Shown here one piece after another: positions 16,777 through 30,120 of a stretch of 64,000 nucleotides of DNA. Source of the DNA: Angustibacter luteus (GTDB lineage Bacteria; Actinomycetota; Actinomycetes; Actinomycetales; Angustibacteraceae); assembly GCF_039541115.1 (NCBI RefSeq), contig NZ_BAABFP010000005.1, positions 620,001 through 684,000 on the forward strand. Reading direction: 5' to 3'. The notes below the pieces were generated by a model. The model was given only the letters and a program-made list of their open reading frames with translations, did not search any database and was not told the DNA's origin. A program made the translations under genes and the position numbers. Position 1 is the first letter of the stretch, and the number at the start of each line of letters is the position of its first letter.

Positions 16777-17267
16777 CGGGAGATCTCCTCGGTGTGGTCC
16801 TGGTGCTTGTCGTCGTCGATCTTGTCGGGGGCGCCGACCGCCTGGGTCAACGCGTCCTGCAGAGCCATCCATCCCAGCAGCGCGCACTTGACGCGGGCCG
16901 GGTACTTCGCGACCCCGCTGAGCGCCACGCCGTCCCCGACGACGTCCTCGTCCCCGTGGTCGTCGCCGCGGCTGGTCAGCATGGCGCGCATCGCCTCGAA
17001 CGCCCGCTGCGCCTGGTCCAGCGGCTGACCGCTGACCAGGTCGTGCAGCATCGACGTGGACGCCGTGCTGATCGCGCAGCCCACCGCGTCGTAGGAGACG
17101 TCGTCGACCACCGGCGCTCCGGCGTCGCCGCCGAGCCGGACGCGCAGGGTCACCTCGTCGCCACAGGTGGTGTTGACGTGGTGCACCTCGACCCCGAAGG
17201 GAGCGCGCAGGCCAGCGCCGTGCGGGGCCTTGGAGTGCTCGAGGATGAGCTCCTTGTATAGATCCAT
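16773..17267 (-). CDS. sufU: SUF system NifU-family sulfur-transfer protein
   Basis: LYKELILEH, TCGD, GCAIS and RVKCALL motifs. Confidence 0.92.
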   Translation of the reverse strand: MDLYKELILEHSKAPHGAGLRAPFGVEVHHVNTTCGDEVTLRVRLGGDAGAPVVDDVSYDAVGCAISTASTSMLHDLVSGQPLDQAQRAFEAMRAMLTSRGDDHGDEDVVGDGVALSGVAKYPARVKCALLGWMALQDALTQAVGAPDKIDDDKHQDHTEEISR

Positions 17268-17272
17268 GCCGG

Positions 17273-19379
<2,107 letters not shown>

Positions 19380-19382
19380 GCG

Positions 19383-19751
19383 TCAGTGCTCCTTGCTGCT
19401 GGTGAAGGTGTCGGAGGTCCCGGCACCGGAGGTGTTGGGGGCGGTCACGTCGACGAGGACGACGTCGTCCTGGATCGTGACCGGGTAGACGTCGATCGGT
19501 TGCGTGGCGGGCAGTCCGGTGGGGGCGCCGGTCCGCAGGTCGAACCGCGACCCGTGCAGCCAGCACTCGATCGTGCAGTCCTCGACCTCGCCCTCGGACA
19601 GCGAAACCTCGGCGTGCGAGCAGGTGTCGTCGATGGCGTGCAGGCTGCCGTCCTCGGCGCGGACGACGGCCACGCGCTGGCCGTCGAGCAGTACCTGGAC
19701 CGCCCCGACGTCGGGCAGGTCGTCCAGGTGGACCGCGGGCACGAACGTCAT
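19383..19751 (-). CDS. Rieske-type ferredoxin of the suf operon
   Basis: CSH and CWLH Rieske ligands. Confidence 0.9.
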   Translation of the reverse strand: MTFVPAVHLDDLPDVGAVQVLLDGQRVAVVRAEDGSLHAIDDTCSHAEVSLSEGEVEDCTIECWLHGSRFDLRTGAPTGLPATQPIDVYPVTIQDDVVLVDVTAPNTSGAGTSDTFTSSKEH

Positions 19752-20995
19752 GCGTCCACCCGCACCGGAGCCTGACCCATGGCGCCCTCGAGCTCGTCCT
19801 CGATCGCGTCCTTGAGCAGCTGCTGGACGTCCGGCACGCCGATCTGGGCCAGGATGTCGGCGAAGAAGCCGCGCACCACCAGGCGACGGGCCTCGGCCTC
19901 GGTGATGCCGCGGGCCTGCAGGTAGAACAGCTGCTCGTCGTCGAACCGGCCGGTGGCGCTCGCGTGCCCGGCGCCGGCGATCTCGCCGGTCTCGATCTCG
20001 AGGTTCGGCACCGAGTCGGCGCGGGCGCCGTCGGTCAGCACCAGGTTGCGGTTGAGCTCGTAGGTCTCCGTGCCCTCGGCGCTCGCCCGGATCAGCACGT
20101 CGCCGACCCAGACGGTGTGCGCGCCCTCGCCCTGCAGCGCGCCCTTGTAGGTCACGTGGCTCGCGCAGTGCGGTGCGCTGTGGTCGACGAAGGACCGGTG
20201 CTCGAGGTGCTGGCCGGCGTCCGCGAAGTAGATCCCGAACATCTTGGCGTCACCGCCGGGTCCGGCGAACTCGACGTTCGCGTTGATCCGCACGACCTTG
20301 CCGCCCAGGGAGACCGCGACGTGCTTGAAGCGGGCGTCCCGGCCGACCTTGGCGTCGTGCTGGCCGAGGTGGATGGCGTCGTCCTCCCAGCGCTGCAGGC
20401 TGACCACGGTCAGGTCCGCCCCGTCCCCGACGACGATCTCGAGGTTGCCGGTGTGCTGGCCCGATCCGACGTGGTCGACCACCACGGTGGCCTTGCTGTG
20501 CCGGCCGGCCTCGATGACGGTGTGCGCGTTGCTGCGCAGGTCGGCCGCGCCGGTCAGCGAAACGCGCACGGGCTCCGTGAGCTCGACCTCGTTCGCGACC
20601 TTGACGTGCAGGGCCTCGGGCGTGCCGGACGACGCGATGACAGCGGCGCGGTCGGCGGGCGTGAGGGCGTTGCCGCGCGGGCTCTGCCCGGGCTCGAGGC
20701 TCGCGACGGTGACCCCGTCCGGTGCCTGCACGGCCCACGTGGCGGCACCCTCGTCGCTGGTGCGCTCCTCGAGGATCCCGCGCAGCAGGTCCATCGGCGT
20801 GAACCGCCACTCCTCCTCGCGCCCGGTGGGCAGCGGGAAGTCGGCCACGTCGAACGAGCGGGTGCGCTCGGCGCGTGACTTGTCCGGCACGGTGCCACCG
20901 CCGTGCGAGTGCGGCTTCAGGCCGTGCTGGGCGACGGCGGACGGGTCGAGCAGCACCGGCGCCGGGGCGCCGCTCTGCTGGGTGGTGTCGGTCAT
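19748..20995 (-). CDS. sufD: Fe-S cluster assembly protein SufD
   Basis: EEWRFTP, PNLEIETGEI, GHASATG and LFYLQARGI motifs. Confidence 0.93.
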   Translation of the reverse strand: MTDTTQQSGAPAPVLLDPSAVAQHGLKPHSHGGGTVPDKSRAERTRSFDVADFPLPTGREEEWRFTPMDLLRGILEERTSDEGAATWAVQAPDGVTVASLEPGQSPRGNALTPADRAAVIASSGTPEALHVKVANEVELTEPVRVSLTGAADLRSNAHTVIEAGRHSKATVVVDHVGSGQHTGNLEIVVGDGADLTVVSLQRWEDDAIHLGQHDAKVGRDARFKHVAVSLGGKVVRINANVEFAGPGGDAKMFGIYFADAGQHLEHRSFVDHSAPHCASHVTYKGALQGEGAHTVWVGDVLIRASAEGTETYELNRNLVLTDGARADSVPNLEIETGEIAGAGHASATGRFDDEQLFYLQARGITEAEARRLVVRGFFADILAQIGVPDVQQLLKDAIEDELEGAMGQAPVRVDA

Positions 20996-21066
20996 GCGAG
21001 TGCTCGTGCTCCGCTTCTTCGGTTCCGGGGGTGGTGCGGGCTGGCGTGCAGCGGGGGTGGCCGGCG

Positions 21067-22521
21067 TCAGCCGACCGCACCCTCCATCTGCAGCTCGATC
21101 AGCCGGTTGAGCTCCAGCGCGTACTCCATGGGCAGCTCACGGGCGATCGGCTCGACGAAGCCGCGGACGATCATCGCCATCGCCTCGTCCTCGGCCATGC
21201 CGCGCGACATGAGGTAGAAGAGCTGGTCCTCGCTGACCTTGGAGACCGTGGCCTCGTGACCCATGGACACGTCGTCCTCGCGGACGTCGACGTACGGGTA
21301 GGTGTCGGACCGGCTGATCGTGTCGACCAGCAGCGCGTCGCAGCGGACGGTGGACGCGCTGTGGTGCGCGCCCTCCAGCACCTGGACGAGGCCGCGGTAC
21401 GAGGTGCGGCCGCCACCGCGGGCGACGGACTTGCTGATGATCGAGGACGACGTGTGCGGGGCGGCGTGCACCATCTTGGCGCCCGCGTCCTGGTGCTGAC
21501 CCTCGCCGGAGAAGGCGATGGACAGGGTCTCGCCCTTCGCGTGCTCGCCCATCAGGTAGATCGCCGGGTACTTCATGGTCACCTTCGAGCCGATGTTGCC
21601 GTCGACCCACTCCATGGTGGCGCCCTCGGCCGCGGTGGCCCGCTTGGTGACCAGGTTGTACACGTTGTTCGACCAGTTCTGGATCGTCGTGTACCGCACC
21701 CGGGCGTTCTTCTTCACGATGATCTCGACGACCGCGCTGTGCAGCGAGTCGCTGGAGTAGATCGGTGCGGTGCAGCCCTCGACGTAGTGCACGTACGAGC
21801 CCTCGTCGGCGATGATCAGCGTCCGCTCGAACTGGCCCATGTTCTCGGTGTTGATCCGGAAGTAGGCCTGCAGCGGGATGTCCACCTGGACGCCCGGCGG
21901 GACGTAGATGAACGAGCCACCCGACCACACCGAGGTGTTCAGCGAGGCGAACTTGTTGTCGCCCACCGGGATCACGGAACCGAAGTACTCACGGAACAGG
22001 TCCTCGTGCTCGCGCAGGCCGGTGTCGGTGTCGACGAAGATGACGCCCTTCTCCTCCAGGTCCTCGCGGATCTGGTGGTAGACGACCTCCGACTCGTACT
22101 GCGCCGCGACGCCGGCGACCAGGCGCTGCTTCTCCGCCTCCGGGATGCCGAGCTTGTCGTAGGTGTTCTTGATGTCCTCGGGCAGCTCTTCCCAGCTGGT
22201 GGCCTGCTTCTCCGTCGACTTCACGAAGTACTTGATGTTGTCGAAGTCGATGCCCGACAGGTCGCTGCCCCAGTTCGGCATGGGCTTCTTGTCGAACAGG
22301 CGCAGACCCTTGAGGCGCAGCTTGAGCATCCACTCGGGCTCGTTCTTGCGGCCGGAGATGTCGCGGACGACCTCCTCGGACAGGCCGCGCTTGGCCGTCG
22401 CGCCGGCGGAGTCGGAGTCCGCCCAGCCGAACGCGTACCGACCGAGACCCTCGATCTCGCGCTGGGTCGCTTCCGGAACCGACGAGCTGGTCGACGGGCC
22501 TGTGGTCGGGGTGGTGGTCAT
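21067..22521 (-). CDS. sufB: Fe-S cluster assembly protein SufB
   Basis: [17 protein letters not shown] and FYLMSRG motifs; no intein seen. Confidence 0.96.
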   Translation of the reverse strand: MTTTPTTGPSTSSSVPEATQREIEGLGRYAFGWADSDSAGATAKRGLSEEVVRDISGRKNEPEWMLKLRLKGLRLFDKKPMPNWGSDLSGIDFDNIKYFVKSTEKQATSWEELPEDIKNTYDKLGIPEAEKQRLVAGVAAQYESEVVYHQIREDLEEKGVIFVDTDTGLREHEDLFREYFGSVIPVGDNKFASLNTSVWSGGSFIYVPPGVQVDIPLQAYFRINTENMGQFERTLIIADEGSYVHYVEGCTAPIYSSDSLHSAVVEIIVKKNARVRYTTIQNWSNNVYNLVTKRATAAEGATMEWVDGNIGSKVTMKYPAIYLMGEHAKGETLSIAFSGEGQHQDAGAKMVHAAPHTSSSIISKSVARGGGRTSYRGLVQVLEGAHHSASTVRCDALLVDTISRSDTYPYVDVREDDVSMGHEATVSKVSEDQLFYLMSRGMAEDEAMAMIVRGFVEPIARELPMEYALELNRLIELQMEGAVG

Positions 22522-23306
22522 CGAGTGGTCCTTCCCTCGGCAGATGCAGGGGTCTGGGTCAGGTCGAGCGTGGTCTTGGTGCTGGTGGTCGTGCTGATGG
22601 TGCTCGTGCCCGTCGCCGGGACGTGCGTGGTGCAGACGTGCGCGCCGCCGGCCAGGGTCGCCAGGCGTTGCACGTGCACTCCGAGCAGGCGGGAGAACAC
22701 CTCGGTCTCCGCCTCGCAGAGCTGCGGGTACCGCTCGGCGACGTGCTGCACCGGGCAGTGACCCTGGCACAGCTGGACGCCGACGTCCCCGGCGGGGGTG
22801 GACACCGGACGGGTCGAGGCGGCGTACCCGTCCTGGGCCAGCGCAGCGGCCAGCGCCTGGGTGCGACCGGTCACGTCGTCCCCGGCCGCCTCGACCACCG
22901 GCGCGTACCGGCGCTCCAGGTCGGCCACCCGACGGGCGGCGAACCCCTCGATCGCGCCCGGGCCGAGCTGCTCGGCCAGGTAGGCCATCGCGGACGCGGC
23001 CAGGTCGTCGTACGCCGTGGTCATCGACGCGTGCCCCGCGTCGCTCAGCACGTACGCCCTGGCCGGACGGCCACGGCCGCGGCTCGCGGTGCGCAGCGGC
23101 TCGCGGGTGCGCACCAGACCGGCGTCCTCGAGCGCGTCCAGGTGGCGCCGCACCGCGGCGGGGGTGAGTCCCAGCGTGCAGGCGATCTCGGCGGCCGTGA
23201 CCGGCCCGTGCTCGAGCACCGATCGCGCCACCCGGTCCCGGGTGTGCTCGGCTGAGCCGCTCTCGGTGACCCGAGACGGCGACGAGCCGTGCTGCGCGAA
23301 TTGCAC
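22518..23306 (-). CDS. sufR: SufR-type HTH Fe-S metalloregulator
   Basis: N-terminal HTH (AVRRHLDAL), GRGRPAR, Cys ligands CQGHCP, QLCEAE and VCTT. Confidence 0.9.
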   Translation of the reverse strand: MQFAQHGSSPSRVTESGSAEHTRDRVARSVLEHGPVTAAEIACTLGLTPAAVRRHLDALEDAGLVRTREPLRTASRGRGRPARAYVLSDAGHASMTTAYDDLAASAMAYLAEQLGPGAIEGFAARRVADLERRYAPVVEAAGDDVTGRTQALAAALAQDGYAASTRPVSTPAGDVGVQLCQGHCPVQHVAERYPQLCEAETEVFSRLLGVHVQRLATLAGGAHVCTTHVPATGTSTISTTTSTKTTLDLTQTPASAEGRTTR

Positions 23307-23318
23307 AAGCCCATTGTG
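23304..23318. promoter_or_regulatory. Putative SufR operator CACAA-N5-TTGTG overlapping the sufR start and -10
   Basis: Inverted repeat in an AT-rich patch at the apparently leaderless sufR start; resembles actinobacterial suf promoters. Confidence 0.6.
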
Positions 23319-23394
23319 ACCTAATTACGCCGAGGCATCAAACCCAGCAGGGTGTGCGCCGCGCCACACCGGGCCGCGACCTAGACTCCGCAGC

Positions 23395-24324
23395 ATGCCC
23401 GGACCTGAGGACGACGCCGTCGTCGTGCGCGGGTTGGTCCGCAGCTACGGGCCCCTCCGCGCCGTGGACGGGCTCGACCTGGTCGCCCGCCGGGGCGAGA
23501 TCACCGCGGTGCTCGGCCCCAACGGAGCCGGTAAGACGACCACCGTCGAGTGCTGCGAGGGACTGCGTCGACCCGATGCCGGCACGGTGCGCGTGCTCGG
23601 CGAGGACCCGCACCTCGCCAGCCCGGCGCACCGCGCGCGGGTCGGCGTGATGCTGCAGGACGGCGGCCTGCCCACCGGGGCGCGTGCTGCCGGGCTCGTG
23701 CAGCACGTGGCGCGGATGCACGCCACTCCCGTGCCACCGGCCCAGCTGTGCGCCGACCTCGGGATCGACGGCTTCGCCCGGACGACGGTGCGCCGGCTCT
23801 CCGGCGGACAGCGCCAGCGGGTGGCCCTGGCCTGCGCGCTCGTCGGACGCCCCGACGTGCTGTTCCTGGACGAGCCGAGCGCCGGCCTGGACCCGCAGGC
23901 CCGCCAGGCCGTGTGGTCGGTCCTGGCCGACGTCCGCGCTCGCGGCGCCGCGGTCGTCCTGACCACGCACTACATGGAGGAGGCCGAGCGGCTCGCGGAC
24001 GTCGTCGTGGTGGTCGATCGTGGTCGTGTGGTCGGTCACGGGTCCCCGGCCGAGCTCACCGCAGGGACGTCGGCCGAGCAGGCCCGCTTCACCGCTCGCC
24101 CCGCGCTCGACCTGGCCACGCTGCGCCGAGCCCTGGACCCCTCGGTCGTGGTGCTCGAGCCGCACCCGGGGCAGTACGTGCTGCAGGGTCCGATCGGGCC
24201 GCAGGTGCTGGCCACGCTGACGTCGTGGTGCGTCGCGCAGGGCGTCATGCCCGACGGGCTGACGGTCGGGCGGCGGTCCCTCGAGGACGTGTTCCTGGAG
24301 CTGACCGGTCGGGAGCTGCGATGA
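23395..24324 (+). CDS. ABC transporter ATP-binding protein (Rv1458c-like context)
   Basis: GPNGAGKTT, LSGGQRQR and LDEP motifs; TAGACT -10 just before ATG suggests a leaderless transcript. Confidence 0.9.
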   Translation: MPGPEDDAVVVRGLVRSYGPLRAVDGLDLVARRGEITAVLGPNGAGKTTTVECCEGLRRPDAGTVRVLGEDPHLASPAHRARVGVMLQDGGLPTGARAAGLVQHVARMHATPVPPAQLCADLGIDGFARTTVRRLSGGQRQRVALACALVGRPDVLFLDEPSAGLDPQARQAVWSVLADVRARGAAVVLTTHYMEEAERLADVVVVVDRGRVVGHGSPAELTAGTSAEQARFTARPALDLATLRRALDPSVVVLEPHPGQYVLQGPIGPQVLATLTSWCVAQGVMPDGLTVGRRSLEDVFLELTGRELR

Positions 24325-25115
24325 GCGCCGACGCCGGGTTCGCCCGTCCAGGTCCGTCCGCGCCCGGCCCCGTCGCCGCGCCAGCGCCCGTCGTCCGACG
24401 GGTGCTCGCCCAGGCCCGGTTCGAGTCGGCCATCCTGCTGCGCAACGGCGAGCAGCTCCTCGTCTCGCTCGTGCTCCCCGCCTTGGCCATGATCGGGCTC
24501 ACGAAGGCGTCGGTGCCCGACCTCGGGCCCGGCCCGCGGATCGACATCGTCGTCCCCGGGGTGCTGGCGCTGGCGGTGATCTCCTCCGCCTTCACCGGGC
24601 AGGCGATCCAGACCGGCTTCGACCGCCGCTACGGTGTGCTGCGGATGCTCGGCACGACTCCCCTGGGCCGCGGCGGGCTGCTGGCCGGCAAGGCCGTCGG
24701 GGTGCTCGCGGTGCTGGGCGTCCAGGTGGTCGTGCTGTCCGGGCTGGGGCTGCTGCTGGGCTGGGCGCCGCAGTGGTCGGGCGTTCCCGCGGCCGTGCTG
24801 GTGGGACTCGTCGGCACGGCGGCCTTCGTGTCCTTGGCTCTGCTCGTCGCCGGAACCTTGCGCGCCGAGGCCGTGCTGGCCGTCGCCAACCTGGTCTGGC
24901 TGCTGCTCGTCGCCGGGGGTGCCGTGCTGGTGCCGGCATCGACCTTGCCAGCCGGCGTCGAGCACCTCGCCCGCTGGCTGCCGTCCGGCGCGCTCGGCGA
25001 GGGGCTCCGGGCTGCCCTGCTGGACGGCGACCTGGACGTGCGCGCCCTGCTGGTGCTCGGCGGATGGGCCCTGGTCGGGGGGACCGCGGCGCGCAGGCTG
25101 TTCCGATGGAGCTGA
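24321..25115 (+). CDS. ABC transporter permease (Rv1457c-like context)
   Basis: LLRNGEQLL and AFTGQAIQTGFDRRYGVL motifs; several TM segments. Confidence 0.87.
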   Translation: MSADAGFARPGPSAPGPVAAPAPVVRRVLAQARFESAILLRNGEQLLVSLVLPALAMIGLTKASVPDLGPGPRIDIVVPGVLALAVISSAFTGQAIQTGFDRRYGVLRMLGTTPLGRGGLLAGKAVGVLAVLGVQVVVLSGLGLLLGWAPQWSGVPAAVLVGLVGTAAFVSLALLVAGTLRAEAVLAVANLVWLLLVAGGAVLVPASTLPAGVEHLARWLPSGALGEGLRAALLDGDLDVRALLVLGGWALVGGTAARRLFRWS

Positions 25116-25528
25116 CCCCGGCCCTCGTCGTCGCGGCCGCGGTCACGGTGACGGGGGTGCTCGTCCTGCTGGGCACCGACCGCCGTCGGACCGGGCGCTG
25201 GAGCCTGCCGGTGGTGTGGACGGCCGGGCTCGCCGTGGTCACCGCCGCCGCGTTCTGCTGGATCGGCGGCGGCCTGGCCTGGGGGGTCGCCGCACCCGGC
25301 CTCGTCATCTGGTGCGCCACCATCGCCACCGGTGGGCGGCCCGGGGTGCTCGTCGACCCACCACCCGCCGGTTCGTCCGGTGACGGCACGACCCGGCAGC
25401 AGAACCGGGCCCGTCGACAGCACTCCCGAAGCACCTGGCGCTACGTCCTGCTGGTCCTCGTGGTGGCCGCGGTGCTCGGCGCCCTGGCGGTCGCGGCCGC
25501 CACCGGGGACCTACCCTGGACGTCGTGA
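25106..25528 (+). CDS. Hypothetical small membrane protein
   Basis: MELTPALVV...; about 4 hydrophobic segments; overlaps both neighbouring genes. Confidence 0.6.
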   Translation: MELTPALVVAAAVTVTGVLVLLGTDRRRTGRWSLPVVWTAGLAVVTAAAFCWIGGGLAWGVAAPGLVIWCATIATGGRPGVLVDPPPAGSSGDGTTRQQNRARRQHSRSTWRYVLLVLVVAAVLGALAVAAATGDLPWTS

Positions 25529-26478
25529 GCGCCGCCACCACTCCCACGCCTGCCGCGACGCGACCCGGAGTCCCCGCCCCTGCCCGTCGCTGGGTGCAGC
25601 CGGTGCTGGTCGCCAACCTCGTCGTCCAGATCGGCATCGTCGTCACCGGCGGGCTGGTCCGCCTGACCGGCTCGGGCCTGGGCTGCCCGACCTGGCCGGA
25701 GTGTGTGCCCGGCTCGTACACACCGGTCGTGCACCAGCCGCAGGGCGTGCACAAGTACATCGAGTTCGGGAACCGCACGCTGACGTCCGTGGTGGGGATC
25801 GTCGCCCTGGCCGCGCTCGTCGTGGTGCTGCTCGAGGTCCGGCGGCTGCACCGGCCGCGACGGCTGGTCGCGGTGGCCGCGCTGCCCCTGGTCGGGGTCG
25901 TCGTCCAGGCCGTGCTCGGCGGCATCACCGTGCTCACCCACCTGAACCCCGCCACCGTGGCCGCGCACTTCCTGGTCTCGATGGGCCTCGTCTGCGCATC
26001 GACGTACCTGGTGTGGCGCGTCGGCGAGCCGGATGGGCCGACCAGGCCGGTCGTGCGGTCCGAGCTGGTCTGGACCTCCCGGGTGCTCGCGCTGCTGACG
26101 GGCGCCGTGCTGCTGCTCGGCACCCTCGTCACCGGGTCGGGCCCGCACTCCGGGGACGCCGACGCGCCCGCCCGGTTCGGCCTGGACCCGCGCAGCATGA
26201 GCTGGCTGCACTCGGACGCCGTGCTGCTCTGGTTCGGCGTGGTCGCGGTGCTGATCGTGGGACTGCGGCTCACGTCGTCCGGTGCCGTGCCTCGGCGCGA
26301 AGCCTGGATCACCCTCGCCGTGGGCCTCGCCCAGGGAGTCATCGGTTACGTCCAGTACCTCACCGGACTGCCCGTCGTCGCCGTGGCGCTGCACATGCTG
26401 GGCGCGAGCCTGCTGGTCGTCGCGGTCACGAGGCTGTTGCTCAGCCTCCGCGTGCGGGCCTCGCTCTCGTCGTCCTAG
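25525..26478 (+). CDS. ctaA: Heme A synthase (COX15/CtaA family)
   Basis: GGLVRLTGSGLGCPTWPEC and IEFGNR motifs; conserved His residues. Confidence 0.9.
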   Translation: MSAATTPTPAATRPGVPAPARRWVQPVLVANLVVQIGIVVTGGLVRLTGSGLGCPTWPECVPGSYTPVVHQPQGVHKYIEFGNRTLTSVVGIVALAALVVVLLEVRRLHRPRRLVAVAALPLVGVVVQAVLGGITVLTHLNPATVAAHFLVSMGLVCASTYLVWRVGEPDGPTRPVVRSELVWTSRVLALLTGAVLLLGTLVTGSGPHSGDADAPARFGLDPRSMSWLHSDAVLLWFGVVAVLIVGLRLTSSGAVPRREAWITLAVGLAQGVIGYVQYLTGLPVVAVALHMLGASLLVVAVTRLLLSLRVRASLSSS

Positions 26479-26565
26479 CCGTTCCCGCCGCGCCACCCTC
26501 ACACGCGCCATCCTCACACCGCGCCAGCCGCCGCCCGCCGCAGTCGTCACGGCGTGCCGTTACTC

Positions 26566-26683
26566 CACTAGGTGCGTAGCTGCGTTGCGCCGCGACACCG
26601 ACGGGTCGCCGGCCGCACGGCGGTGGGGAGGATTGCTCCATCCCCCGGGTGTCGCTGGGGACCCCCACTGCACTAGGTGCGTA
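26566..26683. repeat. Structured intergenic element: 13-bp direct repeats CACTAGGTGCGTA flanking an internal inverted repeat (REP/MITE-like)
   Basis: Direct repeats at 26566-26578 and 26671-26683; GCGACACC (26592-26599) / GGTGTCGC (26648-26655) inverted repeat. Confidence 0.5.
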
Positions 26684-26715
26684 ACAGGGTGCCCCCGCGC
26701 CAAAATGGGCGGCGG

Positions 26716-27681
26716 TCAGAAGCGCAGGAACGGGTCGATCGCCACGGACACGAAGAGCAGCGTCACGTACGTGATCGAGTAGTGGAACAGGCGCATCGGC
26801 TTCAGCGCCGCCCCCGACACTCCGCGCTTCGCCCGGCCGAGCAAGCGGTGCGCCTCGGTCAGGAACACGGCACCGAGCACCACGGCCGCGACCGCGTAGA
26901 ACCAGCCGGTGGGCGCGACGGGCACCAGCAGCAGGGAGCAGAGCACCATCGCCCACGAGTAGGCGACGACCTGACGAGCCACTGCCAGGTCGGAGGCCAC
27001 CACCGGCAGCATCGGGACGCCGGCACTCGCGTAGTCGTCCTCGAACCGCATCGACAGCGGCCAGTAGTGCGGCGGCGTCCACAGGAAGATGACCCCGAAC
27101 AGCACGAACGGCGCCCAGTCCAGGGAGCTGGTCACCGCGGCCCACCCGATCAGCACCTGCATGCAGCCGGCGGCACCGCCCCACACGATGTTCTGCGGCG
27201 TCCGACGCTTGAGCAGCATCGTGTAGACGAAGACGTAGAACAGGTTCGCGGCCAGGGCCAAGCCGGCGGACAGCCAGTTGACCAGCAGTCCCAGCCACAG
27301 CACCGACACGATGCCGAGCACGACGCCGAACACCAGCGCCTCGCGCGGCGAGACCTCACCGGTGGCGAGCGGCCGCTGGCGGGTGCGGTGCATGACCTGG
27401 TCGATGTCGCGGTCCAGGTAGCAGTTCAGGGTGTTGGCACTCCCCGCCGCCAGCGTGCCGCCCACGAGCGTCGCCAACACCAGCCACGCCGGGGGCAGCC
27501 CTTCGGCGGCCAGGAACATCGTCGGCACCGTCGTCACCAGCAGCGTCTCGATGATCCGCGGCTTGGTGAGGGCGACGTACGCCCGGATGGTCCGCGAGAC
27601 CGAGCGACGGCCCGCAGGCACCGTTGGCGCGGTTCCCGGCGGCGCAGGCCGCAGCGGGGAACGGGGGTCGGTCGCGGTCAC
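26716..27681 (-). CDS. ctaB: Protoheme IX farnesyltransferase (heme O synthase)
   Basis: [27 protein letters not shown] and WTPPHYW motifs. Confidence 0.94.
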   Translation of the reverse strand: MTATDPRSPLRPAPPGTAPTVPAGRRSVSRTIRAYVALTKPRIIETLLVTTVPTMFLAAEGLPPAWLVLATLVGGTLAAGSANTLNCYLDRDIDQVMHRTRQRPLATGEVSPREALVFGVVLGIVSVLWLGLLVNWLSAGLALAANLFYVFVYTMLLKRRTPQNIVWGGAAGCMQVLIGWAAVTSSLDWAPFVLFGVIFLWTPPHYWPLSMRFEDDYASAGVPMLPVVASDLAVARQVVAYSWAMVLCSLLLVPVAPTGWFYAVAAVVLGAVFLTEAHRLLGRAKRGVSGAALKPMRLFHYSITYVTLLFVSVAIDPFLRF

Positions 27682-27859
27682 GGGTCCTCTGGTGCGCTGG
27701 ACGGCAAGGCTTCGGCGACGCCGGACGGCGCGCTCGACGTCCCTCATGCTACCGCCGCCGCATCGGGCCCAGGGCCGGGGATGCGGGTGTCGGGCGCAGG
27801 TCTAGGCTCGAAGCGAGCGCCCGACGGCGCCTCACCCCGTGCCAGGAGAGGAACCTCAC

Positions 27860-30073
27860 GTGAGCGAGCTGACCACACCAGGCCGATCGAGCGAGCTCGC
27901 TCCCCCGACCGCCTCGAGCGCCGGGTGGACCGAGACCGACGTCCGCGCCGTGGACACCGTCCGGGTGCTGGCCGCGGACGCCGTGCAGAAGGTCGGTAAC
28001 GGCCACCCGGGGACGGCGATGAGCCTGGCCCCCGTCGCCTACCTGCTGTTCCAGAACGTGATGCGGCACGACCCGGCCGACGACCAGTGGCTCGGCCGGG
28101 ACCGCTTCGTCCTGTCCTGCGGGCACTCCAGCCTGACGCTCTACATCCAGCTCTACCTGTCCGGCTACGGCCTGCAGCTCTCCGACCTCGAGTCGCTGCG
28201 CACGTGGGGCTCCCAGACCCCCGGGCACCCCGAGCACCGGCACACCCGCGGCGTGGAGATCACGACCGGCCCGCTCGGCCAGGGCCTGGCCAGCGCGGTC
28301 GGCATGGCGATGGCGGCCCGGCGCGAGCGCGGGCTGCTCGACCCGGACGCCGCCCCCGGCGAGAGCCCGTTCGACCACCACGTCTACGTGCTCTGCTCGG
28401 ACGGCGACATCATGGAGGGCGTCACCGCCGAGGCGAGCTCGCTGGCCGGCCACCAGGAGCTCGGCAACCTCGTGGTGATCTACGACAAGAACCACATCTC
28501 CATCGAGGACGACACGGACGTGTCGTTCAGCGAGGACGTCGCGGCCCGGTACGAGGCGTACGGCTGGCACGTGCAGTCCGTCGACTGGACGACGTCCGGC
28601 TCCTACGTGGAGGACGTCGACGCGCTGCTGGCCGCGATCGAGGCCGCGAAGGCGGAGACGTCGCGCCCCTCGTTCATCTCGCTGCGCACCATCATCGGCT
28701 GGCCGGCCCCGACGAAGCAGAACACCGGGAAGGCGCACGGCTCCGCGCTCGGTGACGCCGAGGTCGCGGCCACCAAGGAGTTGCTGGGCTTCGACCCGGC
28801 GCGCTCGTTCCAGGTGGACGACGACGTGCTGGCCCGGGCCCGGGAGGTCGGCGACCGCGGGCGCGCGGCCCACGAGGAGTGGGAGGGCTCGTACGAGGCC
28901 TGGCGCGCCGCCAACGCGGACGCCGCGACCCTGCTCGACCGGCTGAGCGCCCAGCGGCTGCCGGACGGCTGGACCGACAGCATCCCCGAGTTCGACCCGG
29001 ACCCCAAGGGCCTGGCCACCCGCGCGGCGTCCGGCAAGGTGCTCGGCGCGCTGGCCGACGTCCTGCCCGAGCTCTGGGGCGGCTCGGCCGACCTGGCCGA
29101 GAGCAACAACACGACGATGGAGGGCCAGCCGTCCTTCATCCCGGCGAACCGGCAGACCAAGGACTGGCAGGGCGGCCCCTTCGGGCGCACGATGCACTTC
29201 GGCATCCGCGAGCACGCGATGGGCTCGATCCTGAACGGCATCGCGCTGCAGAGCCTGACCCGGCCCTACGGGGGCACCTTCCTGGTCTTCAGCGACTACA
29301 TGCGCCCGGCCGTACGCCTCGCCGCACTGATGAAGCTGCCCGTCACCTACGTCTGGACGCACGACTCCATCGGGCTCGGTGAGGACGGGCCGACCCACCA
29401 GCCCGTCGAGCACCTCGCGGCGCTGCGTGCCATCCCGGGCCTGGACGTCGTCCGGCCCGCCGACGCGAACGAGACGGCCTGGGCGTGGCGCACCATCCTG
29501 GAGCACACGGACCGACCGGCCGGGCTGATCCTCAGCCGGCAGAACCTCCCGATCGTCGACCGCGGCGAGGGCGGCTTCGGGTCCGCGGAGGGTGTGGCGC
29601 GCGGCGGCTACGTGCTGGCGGAGGCGGACGGTGACGCCCCCGGCGTGATCCTCGTGGCCACCGGCTCGGAGGTCCAGCTCGCCGTCGCTGCCCGCGACGT
29701 GCTCCAGGCCGAGGGGACGCCCACCCGGGTGGTCTCGATGCCGTGCCGCGAGTGGTTCGCCGAGCAGCCGCAGTCCTACCGGGACGAGGTGCTCCCTCCG
29801 ACGGTGCGCGCCCGGGTCAGCGTGGAGGCCGCCGTCGGCCAGGGCTGGCGGGACGTCGTCGGCGACGCCGGGCGGATCGTCTCGCTCGAGCACTTCGGCG
29901 CCTCTGCCGACTACCAGACCATCTTCCGCGAGTTCGGCTTCACCGCCGAGCACGTGGCCGCGGCCGCGCGTGAGAGCTACACCGAAGCAACCGGTGGGCT
30001 CGGCGCCGTGCGACCGGGCGGGTCCCCGTCGGCGTCCGCGCCGACGTCCGGGGGCACCGCCGACCGACCCTGA
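27860..30073 (+). CDS. tkt: Transketolase
   Basis: [23 protein letters not shown] and [16 protein letters not shown] motifs. Confidence 0.96.
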   Translation: MSELTTPGRSSELAPPTASSAGWTETDVRAVDTVRVLAADAVQKVGNGHPGTAMSLAPVAYLLFQNVMRHDPADDQWLGRDRFVLSCGHSSLTLYIQLYLSGYGLQLSDLESLRTWGSQTPGHPEHRHTRGVEITTGPLGQGLASAVGMAMAARRERGLLDPDAAPGESPFDHHVYVLCSDGDIMEGVTAEASSLAGHQELGNLVVIYDKNHISIEDDTDVSFSEDVAARYEAYGWHVQSVDWTTSGSYVEDVDALLAAIEAAKAETSRPSFISLRTIIGWPAPTKQNTGKAHGSALGDAEVAATKELLGFDPARSFQVDDDVLARAREVGDRGRAAHEEWEGSYEAWRAANADAATLLDRLSAQRLPDGWTDSIPEFDPDPKGLATRAASGKVLGALADVLPELWGGSADLAESNNTTMEGQPSFIPANRQTKDWQGGPFGRTMHFGIREHAMGSILNGIALQSLTRPYGGTFLVFSDYMRPAVRLAALMKLPVTYVWTHDSIGLGEDGPTHQPVEHLAALRAIPGLDVVRPADANETAWAWRTILEHTDRPAGLILSRQNLPIVDRGEGGFGSAEGVARGGYVLAEADGDAPGVILVATGSEVQLAVAARDVLQAEGTPTRVVSMPCREWFAEQPQSYRDEVLPPTVRARVSVEAAVGQGWRDVVGDAGRIVSLEHFGASADYQTIFREFGFTAEHVAAAARESYTEATGGLGAVRPGGSPSASAPTSGGTADRP

Positions 30074-30120
30074 GCGTCGATCCCCTTTCGCCCCGACCCA
30101 CCCCTTCCGGGAGGAACCCC

